Assembly (NCBI GenBank): GCA_963664195.1
Contig: OY760907.1
Span: 2,784,001-2,848,000, forward strand
Origin: an uncultured candidate division Zixibacteria bacterium
GTDB taxonomy: Bacteria > Zixibacteria > MSB-5A5 > GN15 > FEB-12
DNA length: 64,000 nucleotides
Direction: 5' to 3'
This document shows positions 47,940 through 57,989 of the stretch, piece after piece; position 1 is the first letter of the stretch, and each line of letters starts with the position of its first letter. Both the position numbers and the translations under genes were made by a program. Below the pieces are notes generated by a model. That model was not told where the DNA came from. It searched no databases and was given only the letters and a program-made list of their open reading frames with translations.

Positions 47940-50771
47940 ATGAAAAAGCTTCTCAAAATTCTCGTCTGGACCGCGAGTATCATCGTGGCCCTGTTCCTCG
48001 TCGCAATTATCTGCATCAAGGTATTTTTCCCTGCTGACAAGGTGAAGGCAATGGCGGTCGAACAGGGCAGTGCCATGCTTGGCCGTGAGGTCTCGGTAGA
48101 GGGACTGGACATTTCTATCTGGGGGGGACTTGGCGTTGAGCTGCAGGACGTGGAGGTCAGCAATCCGCCCGGCATGGAAGGCCCCCATTTTCTGGGCGCG
48201 AAAAACGTCGATCTCAAGTTGCAGTTGTGGCCGTTGATAAGGGGGGATATTCGCGTGGATCGTTTGATTATCGATTCGCCAGATATCTACATGCTCAAAA
48301 CGGCGGCGGGGGCGGTTAACTACAGCTTTGATCTGCCCGATTCCACGCTGCCTCCCGAAGTCGCAAAGGCGACTGAAGACTTGCCGGAGGAAGCGAAGCC
48401 GGCTGCCGCGGCAATCTCATTTGATGAGTTGGAGGTTGTCGACGGGCGACTGGTCTTCCAGGACGACAGCACCGGGCTGCGCGTGGAATTGGTCAATCTG
48501 GGCCTGTCGACTTCGCTTGAGAATCCCCGGTCCGGTTTTTTTGCCTCTTCAGGCCATCTCGAAATAGACAGCATCAAAGCCACCATGGATGAAGCATATC
48601 CGGTCATTTCGCTTGATCTGGACTACGAGACGGGCTATGACATGAACAAGGGGACGGTCGCGATCGAGAAAGGAGATTTTTCGGTCAACGGCATCAAGTT
48701 CACGGTCTCCGGAAACCTCGGTGATCCTCTGGGCGTCCTGTGGGCCAAGACCAACATTCAGTCAGACGGCGTAACGGTGCAGAATCTGTTGGCCCTGCTG
48801 CCCCTGAAACAGCAGGAATCGATGAAAGATCTCTCAATCGAAGGCGAGTTTGCCTTCGATGCTGACCTTGAGTACACTCCCGATTCAGAAACGCCCGTCT
48901 TTTATACCGGGACAGCCTCGCTGACCGATCTCACCATGTCCAAGAGCGACGTGCAGGGGGAGTTGAAGTTTGGTCGTTGTCTGATCGATTTCAAGCCGGA
49001 TGACCTTCGGGCCAATATTGAGGACGGCAGTTTCGACGGTCAGCCGTTCAAGGGATATGTGACGGTGACCGACTTCGAGCAACCGACCGTGGGCGGTGAG
49101 TTGGCCGGCGGGTTCGATCTCGTGTTCTTGAAGCCGTTCCTTCCGGCTGAACGGGCGCACGATATTTCGGGTCAGACGCAGTTTGATCTCAAGTTCTCCG
49201 GTAGGGCAAGCGAACCGAAAGATATGCTGTTCTCTGGGAATCTAACGATCGAGAAAGGGAAGTATTCCTCGGCGCTGATTCCAGAGCCGGTCGAGGAGTT
49301 TTCTGTAGATGCCTATTTCGACAATCGCCTGCTTCATGTCAGGAAATTGAACTGCTCGTTTCCCTCCGGCGGTCTCCGATTTACCGGGCGTGTGACCGAC
49401 CTGATGGCATTGATGCTCGCTGACTCTGTGGAGGCCGCGGAGATACATCCGGAGATCGAGGGATCACTGAAAGGGCAGGTCAACCTGGCGATGTTCAATC
49501 GGTACCTTCCCGATAAAGGCAACCCCGATGTGGCCGGCAAGCTGGCGGTTGATCTCAGCCTGTCCGGCAGAGGAGGGGACCTGACGAGTCTGAAGCCGCT
49601 TGGAAGTATGGTTATTTCAGATGCCGCTTACGCAGACTCGTTGTTACCGGAGCCGGTGAAGCATTTCGAGGCTCGCTTGGATTTGATTCCCGATACGATC
49701 ATCGTGAGCAATCTGAAAGTCAGATTCGTGTCCAGCGACGCCTCTTTCAATGGGCGACTGGCGAATCCCTTTCCGTATTTGCTCCCGGTTGAGGGACTTG
49801 ACCGTTCCACGGTCAAGCGACCGTTCTTCACGTTTGAGCTTTCAGCCAACCGGTTTGACACGGACAAAATGTTCCCGGCCGCTGTGCCGGGTTCGGCCAG
49901 TGATCCGACGACCGTGTCAATGGACTCGATCTCCATTGTCATATTGCCGGACATAGACGGAAAGGGGACTGTCAGGGCTGACACAGTAGTATACTGCGGA
50001 GTGGAGCTTACCGGGGTCGACGGCAATATCAGGATTCGCGACCGTAAGATAGAGTGTTACGACGCCACTGCCCGCGTGTACACCGGCGGGGTGGCCGGCA
50101 AGACGACAATTGACCTGAGTGATTTCGAGAACCCGCACTATACCGGCGAATTCACGGGAACTCAGATTGAGGCAGATGATTTCCTCAGCCGGTTTACTAA
50201 GTTCGGCGGCCATCTGTTCGGCAAGGCGAATGTCTCCGGTAGTTATGATGCTCGCGGCTGGGATCCAGACGCGTTTCTGAGTTCCCTGACCTTGGATGGT
50301 GTCGGTAATCTGCGGGAGGGCAAGCTCGTTACCGATGGAACTGCGTATGGCGTATTGAAGGAACTGGCCGAGAAGACCGGCGAGTCAATTGACAAAGAAC
50401 AGGTCATCAAGGCGCTCACCACGAAGATTCATGTGCAGGATGGTAAGGTCAAACTGGATCAAATGCAGACCGCACTGGGGACCATCGGTGACTTGTCTTT
50501 TGATGGCTCTTACGGTTTTGACGGAAGTCTTGATTACAGGGGAACACTTAATCTGTCAACGGATTACACCACAAAGCTAAAGCATACCTTTGGCGATCTC
50601 GTCTCCAGTCTGACCGATCCCGATACAGGCAGACTGCCCCTTCCGCTGGTGATTGGCGGGACGACTGAATCCCCCTCGGTTGGCATAGACTGGACGTCCC
50701 TGTCATCGAAAGCGACCGACGACCTTAAGAAAAAGGCGGGCAATCTGCTCAAAGGATTGTTCAAGAAATAG
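47940..50771 (+). CDS. AsmA family protein
   Basis: N-terminal TM, LGREVSV, LWPLIRGDIRVDRL, C-terminal LPLVIGGTTESP...LLKGLFKK. Confidence 0.85.
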   Translation: MKKLLKILVWTASIIVALFLVAIICIKVFFPADKVKAMAVEQGSAMLGREVSVEGLDISIWGGLGVELQDVEVSNPPGMEGPHFLGAKNVDLKLQLWPLIRGDIRVDRLIIDSPDIYMLKTAAGAVNYSFDLPDSTLPPEVAKATEDLPEEAKPAAAAISFDELEVVDGRLVFQDDSTGLRVELVNLGLSTSLENPRSGFFASSGHLEIDSIKATMDEAYPVISLDLDYETGYDMNKGTVAIEKGDFSVNGIKFTVSGNLGDPLGVLWAKTNIQSDGVTVQNLLALLPLKQQESMKDLSIEGEFAFDADLEYTPDSETPVFYTGTASLTDLTMSKSDVQGELKFGRCLIDFKPDDLRANIEDGSFDGQPFKGYVTVTDFEQPTVGGELAGGFDLVFLKPFLPAERAHDISGQTQFDLKFSGRASEPKDMLFSGNLTIEKGKYSSALIPEPVEEFSVDAYFDNRLLHVRKLNCSFPSGGLRFTGRVTDLMALMLADSVEAAEIHPEIEGSLKGQVNLAMFNRYLPDKGNPDVAGKLAVDLSLSGRGGDLTSLKPLGSMVISDAAYADSLLPEPVKHFEARLDLIPDTIIVSNLKVRFVSSDASFNGRLANPFPYLLPVEGLDRSTVKRPFFTFELSANRFDTDKMFPAAVPGSASDPTTVSMDSISIVILPDIDGKGTVRADTVVYCGVELTGVDGNIRIRDRKIECYDATARVYTGGVAGKTTIDLSDFENPHYTGEFTGTQIEADDFLSRFTKFGGHLFGKANVSGSYDARGWDPDAFLSSLTLDGVGNLREGKLVTDGTAYGVLKELAEKTGESIDKEQVIKALTTKIHVQDGKVKLDQMQTALGTIGDLSFDGSYGFDGSLDYRGTLNLSTDYTTKLKHTFGDLVSSLTDPDTGRLPLPLVIGGTTESPSVGIDWTSLSSKATDDLKKKAGNLLKGLFKK

Positions 50772-50825
50772 AGATTCACAGACTGATGTCGAGATTTCCG
50801 GTCGGTGAAAAAACTGATTTTGTGT

Positions 50826-50858
50826 CACCCTCAAGGCTTTCTTGAGGGTGTTTTCTTT
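50826..50858 (+). terminator. Intrinsic terminator
   Basis: CACCCTCAAG/CTTGAGGGTG followed by TTTTCTTT. Confidence 0.8.
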
Positions 50859-51084
50859 CAGGCGGATGTTGGTCATTTGCCCTGGTGCCCCCTGCCCATT
50901 TCCTGAATCCGGTCAGTTTTTGTCCGATACTTGCTTTGCACCCCATGTTTCATTTTTCACCAATCCGTGTCAGTCGGTGTTGGTTTCGGTCAACAATCTA
51001 TGTCGAAGTGCCGATAACATAACGTGATAGATCGTTGCCTCAGGCGCGACAGAAAATGGTTGAAGTGACTCTTGAAAGGGTTCA

Positions 51085-52902
51085 ATGACTACCGCAACTA
51101 CGGACGTTGGAGCACGCATAAGTCGTTGTGCCGTATGTAAGATAGATCAGAAGGGGCGATTCGTTTTTGCGGACGAAGAAGCTGAGAGGCTTTTTGGCGC
51201 CGCTCAGGTGGAGTTGTTCGGACGACCGCTCAAAGACTCTCTTGAGCCTGAAGATCATGAAGTAATTGATGAAATTACCGGTGGGTTCAGCCGGTTTGAA
51301 ACCCGTTACGATACAACGCATGTGACGTTTGTCGATCAGTTGGGCAAGCGTGTGCCGGCGAGTATCATAGTCTCGCAGAATTTTATCGCCGGTAATCCGG
51401 TGAACTACCAGATAGTTATCAAACGCGACGTGCTTGACCAGGACAGCGGCAAGTCCGAGGCTGAACTGACCGATGACGGCCAGTTTTTCGAATTCCTTCT
51501 GCAGTTTGACTCCAACAGACAGATGCAGGAACTGGTCGATCGTGTGCAGCAATACACGTCGGCTGAGAAGATCGGTCTTTTCGATCTTGCCAGCGAACCG
51601 CCGGCGTTTGTCGCAGGCGCGGGTATATCGAAGAAGACTCAGGATCAATGGAACGACGGCGGGAAATCGGGCAAGGACAGTCCTTATGAGGCCAGCGCAA
51701 CTCTTGAAATCGGCTCCGAGTCTTATCTCCTCCGCGCCCAATCCGAATCGCCCCGACGGTCCAGGGGAGTGCGTCCCGACCTCTCACGAGTTAATCTGAC
51801 CCTGGCACTCGTACAACGGCTTGTTGGCCCCGGGCACCAGATGTCGGTCAGCGCGATCAAAGGCTCCCCGGTCATCAGTCTTCTCGACAGAATTGGTGTG
51901 GGGGTGGTTTGTTTTGATTCACGTGGCGAGATAACCGAGGCGAATGATTCGGCGCGGTTGTTGTTCGACGAGTACGGCATCGCCAACTCGATTCCTGCGC
52001 TGATCGCCACTCTTGGTGAGAAAAACGAGAGCCCGGTAGGAGACATGATAGCGTCTTATCTGGATACCTGCAATGAGGTCTCTTCTGCTCCGGATTTAAC
52101 CCTGGCACTGAGGATGCCGTCGTCGGAGAATGCGCGGCTGACCGTCATTCGAACGGCGCCCGGCAGCGACGATCTCAGCGGTTATTTCTTCTTCCAGCCC
52201 ATGCCGCTCAGTCACGGGCAAGTGGGCAACCGGCGTGCGGATAACCGATTCCTGGCCCGGGCCGTCGAGCATCTGTGCTCGGCTATCGCCGCCGGTCAGT
52301 CAGTCTGGCAAAGAATCCAGCACGAACATCACAATGAACTGGGGCACAACGGCGCCTTCCATTTGAAGTGCCTCGCCAATCACATGGAGAAGGTTGAATC
52401 GATCCTGACGGAAGTAAACCGGGCAAGCGTCTTAATTTTCCATCCGGAAGAACCGGAGTTGACCGATCTCGGACTGCTGACAGATCAGTTGGTTCGCGAG
52501 ACGCATGCGGCGGCCCCGGGGCAGACCATGTCCGTCAGTCACGACGGTCTTCCGAAGGTGCTGACTCAACGCAAGAAGCTTTCGACAGTCCTGCAGAACA
52601 TATTCGGCGTGGTCCGCAAGTTTGCATCCTCTGATACGGCCCGTGTGGAGATTTCAGCGGAGCTGTCAAACCAGTCTTGCCTTATGGCTTTTGATCTCGA
52701 AGGAACGGGGTTGTCGTCCCAGCAGGTCCGTCGGTTGATGGATTACTCATCCAAAAGCTCCGGCTCAGGCGTAGCCTCGGCCTCGGAGAGAACCAGCAGT
52801 CTGGCCTTCACGCGCGAACTGGTCGAGAGCATGGGGGGGCGTCTGGATTTGTCCACTCGCACTGCTCCCGGAACCATACTAACCCTTGCGATTCCGGTGT
52901 GA
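51085..52902 (+). CDS. PAS-domain histidine-kinase-like protein (degenerate)
   Basis: Two PAS-like segments; HATPase-like C-terminus (LVESMGGRL, PGTILTL) with altered N, G1 and G2 boxes. Confidence 0.72.
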   Translation: MTTATTDVGARISRCAVCKIDQKGRFVFADEEAERLFGAAQVELFGRPLKDSLEPEDHEVIDEITGGFSRFETRYDTTHVTFVDQLGKRVPASIIVSQNFIAGNPVNYQIVIKRDVLDQDSGKSEAELTDDGQFFEFLLQFDSNRQMQELVDRVQQYTSAEKIGLFDLASEPPAFVAGAGISKKTQDQWNDGGKSGKDSPYEASATLEIGSESYLLRAQSESPRRSRGVRPDLSRVNLTLALVQRLVGPGHQMSVSAIKGSPVISLLDRIGVGVVCFDSRGEITEANDSARLLFDEYGIANSIPALIATLGEKNESPVGDMIASYLDTCNEVSSAPDLTLALRMPSSENARLTVIRTAPGSDDLSGYFFFQPMPLSHGQVGNRRADNRFLARAVEHLCSAIAAGQSVWQRIQHEHHNELGHNGAFHLKCLANHMEKVESILTEVNRASVLIFHPEEPELTDLGLLTDQLVRETHAAAPGQTMSVSHDGLPKVLTQRKKLSTVLQNIFGVVRKFASSDTARVEISAELSNQSCLMAFDLEGTGLSSQQVRRLMDYSSKSSGSGVASASERTSSLAFTRELVESMGGRLDLSTRTAPGTILTLAIPV

Positions 52903-52906
52903 CCAC

Positions 52907-53611
52907 ATGGAGCATGTGATGCTGTCAAGATTACGCGTTCTCGTTCTGGAGCCTAACAGGTACCAGGCCCTATTGATTGACAGAGAGATCGCCGAGCATT
53001 TCAACTCCGCCGTCACTTCAACCTTTGCGTCTGAGACCGAGGCTGTCGAGGAACTGCGGCGCGCCCAATACGACGTTATCATCGTCGACAGCTACGCCAG
53101 TGAATCTGATCCCGACGAACTCTACTTCACCATAAGGGAGTCCAGCCCGGAGATTGTGGCGATCATTCTGGGTGGCGACGACGCACCGGGGCGCGTGATC
53201 GAGGCCGCCGAAACGTGGGGAGATTGGTTCCTTGTCCTTGATGAGGGCTTCCATGAGCTTCTCCCGGAGATAATCGAGCAGTTTGCCAGCCGTTGGCAAC
53301 AGAGTCCGCTGCAGGCCGCTCCAGGTGGAATTCTCGATGCCCGTACACGCGCAGATGTTATCAGCCTGACCGTGAGCACGCTCTCTCACGAAGTCAACAA
53401 TCCGCTTATGGCCATTCTTGGAACAACGGAACTTCTTCTGAGCAAGCGGGGATTCGGTGCTGAGACCGAGGAAAAGATTCGAATGATTCAGGAGTCGGCC
53501 CAGAGAATCGAGGCAACTCTGAGCGATCTGGCGCAGGCCGGAAAGACCTCTATCAGGCGCACTGCGGCCGGTCCGATGCTTCGTCGTGAGTCGGATCTGG
53601 TCGGTGTGTAG
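52907..53611 (+). CDS. Receiver plus HisKA (DHp) protein without an ATPase domain
   Basis: RVLVLE...YDVIIVD receiver; TLSHEVNNPLMAILG H-box; ORF ends shortly after. Confidence 0.8.
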   Translation: MEHVMLSRLRVLVLEPNRYQALLIDREIAEHFNSAVTSTFASETEAVEELRRAQYDVIIVDSYASESDPDELYFTIRESSPEIVAIILGGDDAPGRVIEAAETWGDWFLVLDEGFHELLPEIIEQFASRWQQSPLQAAPGGILDARTRADVISLTVSTLSHEVNNPLMAILGTTELLLSKRGFGAETEEKIRMIQESAQRIEATLSDLAQAGKTSIRRTAAGPMLRRESDLVGV

Positions 53612-53643
53612 CATCCGCCGACGTGAGTAGTTCGAGAATTACG

Positions 53644-53671
53644 TTGACAATTCGATCACAGTCTCTATTTT
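53644..53671 (+). promoter_or_regulatory. Putative sigma-70 promoter of yicC-gmk-rpoZ-topA
   Basis: TTGACA-16 nt-TATTTT. Confidence 0.5.
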
Positions 53672-53698
53672 TCAGCCTTATTTTAGTACGGATGGTTT

Positions 53699-54574
53699 AT
53701 GAATTCTATGACTGGCTTCGGCCGCGCCGAACTGACATGCAAGCCTGGCAGGTTTATTGTCGAGATATCTTCTGTCAATAATCGTTTCCTGGAGATGTCG
53801 GTACGTTTGCCGCGTCCTTTGTCTGCCCTTGAACCGGCAGTGCGGGAAGAGCTTAACTCGGCGGTGAGTCGCGGCAAACTCAGCGTTTTTGTTAACCTTA
53901 CGCCGCCCGATACTGTTGCCGAGAAGGCATACATTAATAAGGCGGCTGCAAAGGCGTACTTGAAACAGCTTCGGGACCTCCAAAAAGAGTTGAAGATAAG
54001 CGGTAATATAGAAGTGCGAGACCTTCTGTTGTTGCCGGAAATCGCTATTCCGGAGAAAGCAGAGCCGGATCTGGAGTTGATCGGCGGTTTCTTGCACAAG
54101 ACGCTCGGCAAGGCGCTGAAGGATTTTCTGGGCATGCGTGCCCGCGAGGGCAAGGCGATGGCCGCAGATATGCGCAAGAGCCTCAAGGAGATGGCCGGGC
54201 TGCTTACGCAAGTTGAAGCCAAGACGGCCGGGGCGGTACAGCATTACAAAAACAAACTGACCAACCGTATTGAGGAACTTCTCGATAAGTCGATGCGCGA
54301 CTCGCTGCGCCTGGAAGAAGAGATTGCGGTATTCGCCGAGCGCACAGATATTAATGAAGAGTGCGTCCGGTTCCACAGCCATATTGAGCAGTTCACCGCC
54401 ACGCTGAGTGAGAAAAACGCGGTGGGCCGGCGCCTGAATTTCCTCCTGCAGGAGATGAATCGCGAAGCCAACACCATAGGATCGAAGAGTGCCGACTTTG
54501 ACATTTCGACCATAGTGATCTCGATCAAGGAAGAGATAGAGAAACTCCGCGAGCAGGTTCAGAACGTCGAATAG
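53699..54574 (+). CDS. yicC: YicC/YloC family endoribonuclease
   Basis: SMTGFGR, SVNNRFLE, GRRLNFLLQEMNREANTIGSK, REQVQNVE. Confidence 0.95.
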   Translation: MNSMTGFGRAELTCKPGRFIVEISSVNNRFLEMSVRLPRPLSALEPAVREELNSAVSRGKLSVFVNLTPPDTVAEKAYINKAAAKAYLKQLRDLQKELKISGNIEVRDLLLLPEIAIPEKAEPDLELIGGFLHKTLGKALKDFLGMRAREGKAMAADMRKSLKEMAGLLTQVEAKTAGAVQHYKNKLTNRIEELLDKSMRDSLRLEEEIAVFAERTDINEECVRFHSHIEQFTATLSEKNAVGRRLNFLLQEMNREANTIGSKSADFDISTIVISIKEEIEKLREQVQNVE

Positions 54575-54590
54575 GAAACCAGAGAGGGAA

Positions 54591-55229
54591 ATGGCTTCAG
54601 ACAACAAGGGTAAGATCGTTATAATCTCGTCACCGTCGGGCGGCGGCAAGACCTCTATTTGTCGCAAATTGCTCTCCCGCAGGCGCAAACAGGAGGGCTG
54701 GCGTTTTTCTGTGTCCTACACGACCCGAAATCCGCGAGTGGGGGAACGTAGCGGACGCGAATACCATTTTGTGGGCAGTGAAGAGTTTGATCGTCTGGCC
54801 GCGAGGGGGGAGTTCGCCGAACATTTTCAGGTTCACTTGTATAAGTACGGTACGCCACGCGGGGCTCTGGAGCAAGTGCTCAGGAGCGGTGGCGTTATGT
54901 TACTTGATGTGGATGTGAAAGGAGCTGCGAAGATTCGGAGGGAGTTTCCGGAGGCGATCTCGATATTCATTCTGCCACCCTCGATTGAGGCATTGAGACA
55001 ACGTTTGACACTCCGGGGCACCGAAACACGGGAACAATTGAACGTCCGGTTTGAGAATGCCGTCGAGGAAATGCAGCGAGGGGTGAAACAAACGAAGTAT
55101 GGTTTCGAATATGTTGTCGTCAACGAGGACCTTGGCAAGGCGGTGCAGCAGGTCCTGGACATCATCGGGGCGCACGATTGCAGGATCGAGAACCTTGATC
55201 AGGAACAATTGAAGAGAATTACCGGTTAG
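54591..55229 (+). CDS. gmk: Guanylate kinase
   Basis: SPSGGGKT, SYTTRNPR, YGT, DVKGA, ILPPS. Confidence 0.96.
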   Translation: MASDNKGKIVIISSPSGGGKTSICRKLLSRRRKQEGWRFSVSYTTRNPRVGERSGREYHFVGSEEFDRLAARGEFAEHFQVHLYKYGTPRGALEQVLRSGGVMLLDVDVKGAAKIRREFPEAISIFILPPSIEALRQRLTLRGTETREQLNVRFENAVEEMQRGVKQTKYGFEYVVVNEDLGKAVQQVLDIIGAHDCRIENLDQEQLKRITG

Positions 55230-55256
55230 AACAGGACATATTTGGAGGAGATTCAG

Positions 55257-55487
55257 ATGCCTTACGTGGATATTGATGACCTTGACAAAGTGACGAGAAA
55301 CAAGTACGAAGCGGTTATCGTTGCTGCCCAGCATGCCCGTCACTTGAACCAGGTGCGCCTGGCCAAGTTCCAGCAGATAGATGAAGGGATGCTTGAGGTT
55401 GACATTGAAGCTCGCAAGATGACTGCCGTGGCGCTCAGGGACCTCCTTGAGGGCAGAGTCAAGTTTGAACGCGTCGTTACCGAATAG
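55257..55487 (+). CDS. rpoZ: RNA polymerase omega subunit
   Basis: NKYEAVIVAAQHARHL; position after gmk; GGAGG RBS. Confidence 0.85.
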   Translation: MPYVDIDDLDKVTRNKYEAVIVAAQHARHLNQVRLAKFQQIDEGMLEVDIEARKMTAVALRDLLEGRVKFERVVTE

Positions 55488-55520
55488 TACTTACTTCATT
55501 CGCTTGCTCAGGAAGCTTAG

Positions 55521-57806
55521 ATGGCCAAGAACCTTGTTATTGTAGAGTCACCCGCTAAATCACGCACCCTGGCCCGTTTTCTCGGGAAGGATTTCAGTAT
55601 CCTCTCCACTGTGGGCCACATTGTCGATCTGCCCAAGTCGAAACTCGGCGTAGACCCGGAGAACAACTTCGAGCCAGCCTACACGACGATCAAGGGCAAA
55701 GAGAAGGTCATCACCGAGCTGAAGAAAGCCGCCAAGAAAGCGGATACTGTCTATCTCGCTCCTGACCCGGACCGCGAAGGAGAGGCCATTGCCTGGCACG
55801 TCGCCAACAAACTGGCCAAAACCGATGCTGTCCTGAAACGTGTTACCTTCAACGCGATTACCAAATCTGCGGTTACGGCGGCAATCGAAAACCCCAGAGA
55901 TATCGACATTGATCTTGTCAACGCTCAACAGGCGCGACGAGTGCTCGACCGTCTGGTGGGGTATATGGTATCGCCGTTCCTGTGGAAAACGGTTGCCCGC
56001 AATCTTTCAGCCGGACGTGTGCAGTCCGTGGCGCTTCGCCTCGTCTGTGAGCGCGAGCAGGAAATCGCGGATTTCAAATCCGAGGAATACTGGAAGATCA
56101 AGGCCAATCTGACCAACCATGCCGCAGAGCTGTTCTCCGCCAACCTGCACAAGATAGACAACAAGACGGTTGTCAACGCGGGTGAAGCGGGCAAGACCAA
56201 GATTGTCATCGGCTCTGAAAAAGAAGCCAAGGCGATTGAGGCCGAACTCAAAAAAGAGCAGTTCACGGTAGCCGACATTAAGCGCTCCGAACGGATCCGT
56301 CGACCCTCGGCACCGTTCATCACCTCGACGCTTCAGCAGGAAGCGGCCAAAGCATTTGGGCTGTCTCCAAAGCAGACGATGTCCATTGCCCAGAAGCTGT
56401 ATGAAGGAATCGAGCTTGGCAAAGAGGGACCGGTCGGTTTGATCACCTACATGCGTACCGATTCGACTCGTATTGCTCCCGAAGCTCTGAGCGAAGTGCG
56501 CGAGTACATCCACAACGAGTACGGCGACGAGTATCTGCCCGGCAAGCCGAATTTCTACAGCAAGAAGAAGGATTCGCAGGACGCTCACGAAGCGATCAGG
56601 CCTTCCCACATGGACCTCACGCCGGACCGCGTCAAAAAGAATCTCACGCCGCGCGAGTACAGGCTGTATTGTTTAATCTGGAAACGGTTTGTCGCCTCTC
56701 AGATGAACAGTGCGAAGTTCGATACCGAGACGGTTGATATCACGGCCGGCAAATACACTTTCCGTGCGACGGCTCAGAAGCTCAAATTCGACGGTTTCCT
56801 CAAGGTCTATCGTGAGGAGAAAGAGCCGGACGAAAACGGCGCCGACAAGGGTGTCGAGACACTGCCGGATCTGGAAGCGAACGAAGAGGTCAAGCTGAAG
56901 AAGCTCGAGCCGACGCAATCCTTCACCAAACCGCCCGCGCGATATTCTGAAGCGATGCTGGTCAAGCGGTTGGAAGCGGACGGAATCGGACGGCCGTCGA
57001 CCTACGCGACAATCATTTCGACGCTCAAAGACCGCAAGTACGTCGAGCTGCTTGAGAAGAAACTCCACCCGACCGATCTCGGCCAGACCGTCAACAAGAT
57101 TTTGGTCGAGCATTTTCCGAACCTGTTCAACGTGACCTTCACGGCCAACATGGAAAAGGAACTTGACCTCGTTGAAGAGGGCAAGGATGACTGGGTGAAA
57201 GTCATCGGCGAGTTCTACGGTCCTTTCCTCGAGACGATTAACGGTCTCAAGGGGAAGGAAAAAGAAATCAAAGACGCGATGACCGAAAAGACGGACATCA
57301 AGTGCGAGAAGTGCGGCGAGCCGATGGTCATCAAATGGGGGAGGAACGGTCGCTTCCTCGCCTGCTCTGCCTGGCCGGATTGCAAGTCGACGCGACCGCT
57401 GCCGGAGGAAGAAGCTAAGAACAAGACCGATGAAAAGTGCGAGAAGTGCGGCTCTGATATGATTATCAAGAGCGGCCGATTCGGACGTTTCATGGCCTGC
57501 TCGGCGTATCCCGACTGCAAAAACACGAAGCCGATTACGACCGGCATCACCTGCCCGAAAGAGGGATGCAACGGGAAGATTCTCGAAAAGACGACGAAAC
57601 GCAAACGGACGTTCTACGGCTGCACGAATTATCCCAAGTGTGATTTCGCAAGTTGGGACAAACCGGTGAACAAAGCCTGCCCGGCGTGTAAGCATCCTTA
57701 CATGTTGCAGAAGGTGTCGAAAGTGAAGGGTGAGTTCCTTCGCTGTCCGGAGTGCAAAAACGACGTCTTCGAGGAGAAGAAGAAAGAAGAGGCCGCGAAG
57801 GCGTAA
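55521..57806 (+). CDS. topA: DNA topoisomerase I
   Basis: VIVESPAK, DPDREGE, SAGRVQS, ITYMRTDS, GIGRPSTY, C-terminal zinc ribbons. Confidence 0.98.
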   Translation: MAKNLVIVESPAKSRTLARFLGKDFSILSTVGHIVDLPKSKLGVDPENNFEPAYTTIKGKEKVITELKKAAKKADTVYLAPDPDREGEAIAWHVANKLAKTDAVLKRVTFNAITKSAVTAAIENPRDIDIDLVNAQQARRVLDRLVGYMVSPFLWKTVARNLSAGRVQSVALRLVCEREQEIADFKSEEYWKIKANLTNHAAELFSANLHKIDNKTVVNAGEAGKTKIVIGSEKEAKAIEAELKKEQFTVADIKRSERIRRPSAPFITSTLQQEAAKAFGLSPKQTMSIAQKLYEGIELGKEGPVGLITYMRTDSTRIAPEALSEVREYIHNEYGDEYLPGKPNFYSKKKDSQDAHEAIRPSHMDLTPDRVKKNLTPREYRLYCLIWKRFVASQMNSAKFDTETVDITAGKYTFRATAQKLKFDGFLKVYREEKEPDENGADKGVETLPDLEANEEVKLKKLEPTQSFTKPPARYSEAMLVKRLEADGIGRPSTYATIISTLKDRKYVELLEKKLHPTDLGQTVNKILVEHFPNLFNVTFTANMEKELDLVEEGKDDWVKVIGEFYGPFLETINGLKGKEKEIKDAMTEKTDIKCEKCGEPMVIKWGRNGRFLACSAWPDCKSTRPLPEEEAKNKTDEKCEKCGSDMIIKSGRFGRFMACSAYPDCKNTKPITTGITCPKEGCNGKILEKTTKRKRTFYGCTNYPKCDFASWDKPVNKACPACKHPYMLQKVSKVKGEFLRCPECKNDVFEEKKKEEAAKA

Positions 57807-57833
57807 CGCCGAAGACGCACAGTATAGACAGAG

Positions 57834-57866
57834 AGCCGGTGCCCTGAGAGGGTGCCGGCTTTTTTT
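57834..57866 (+). terminator. Intrinsic terminator after topA
   Basis: AGCCGGTGCCCT/AGGGTGCCGGCT followed by a T run. Confidence 0.8.
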
Positions 57867-57906
57867 GTGTGGGGGATCACATTCATCTCCTTGCGCGTCT
57901 TTGTTC

Positions 57907-57935
57907 TTGATCTTATAGACACATGGGTTTATATT
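57907..57935 (+). promoter_or_regulatory. Putative sigma-70 promoter of KAP NTPase gene
   Basis: TTGATC-17 nt-TATATT. Confidence 0.5.
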
Positions 57936-57989
57936 CTTTATGTAGTCCGTATCCTGCGGCAGTCGTTACACCGTACAACGGAGGGGAAT

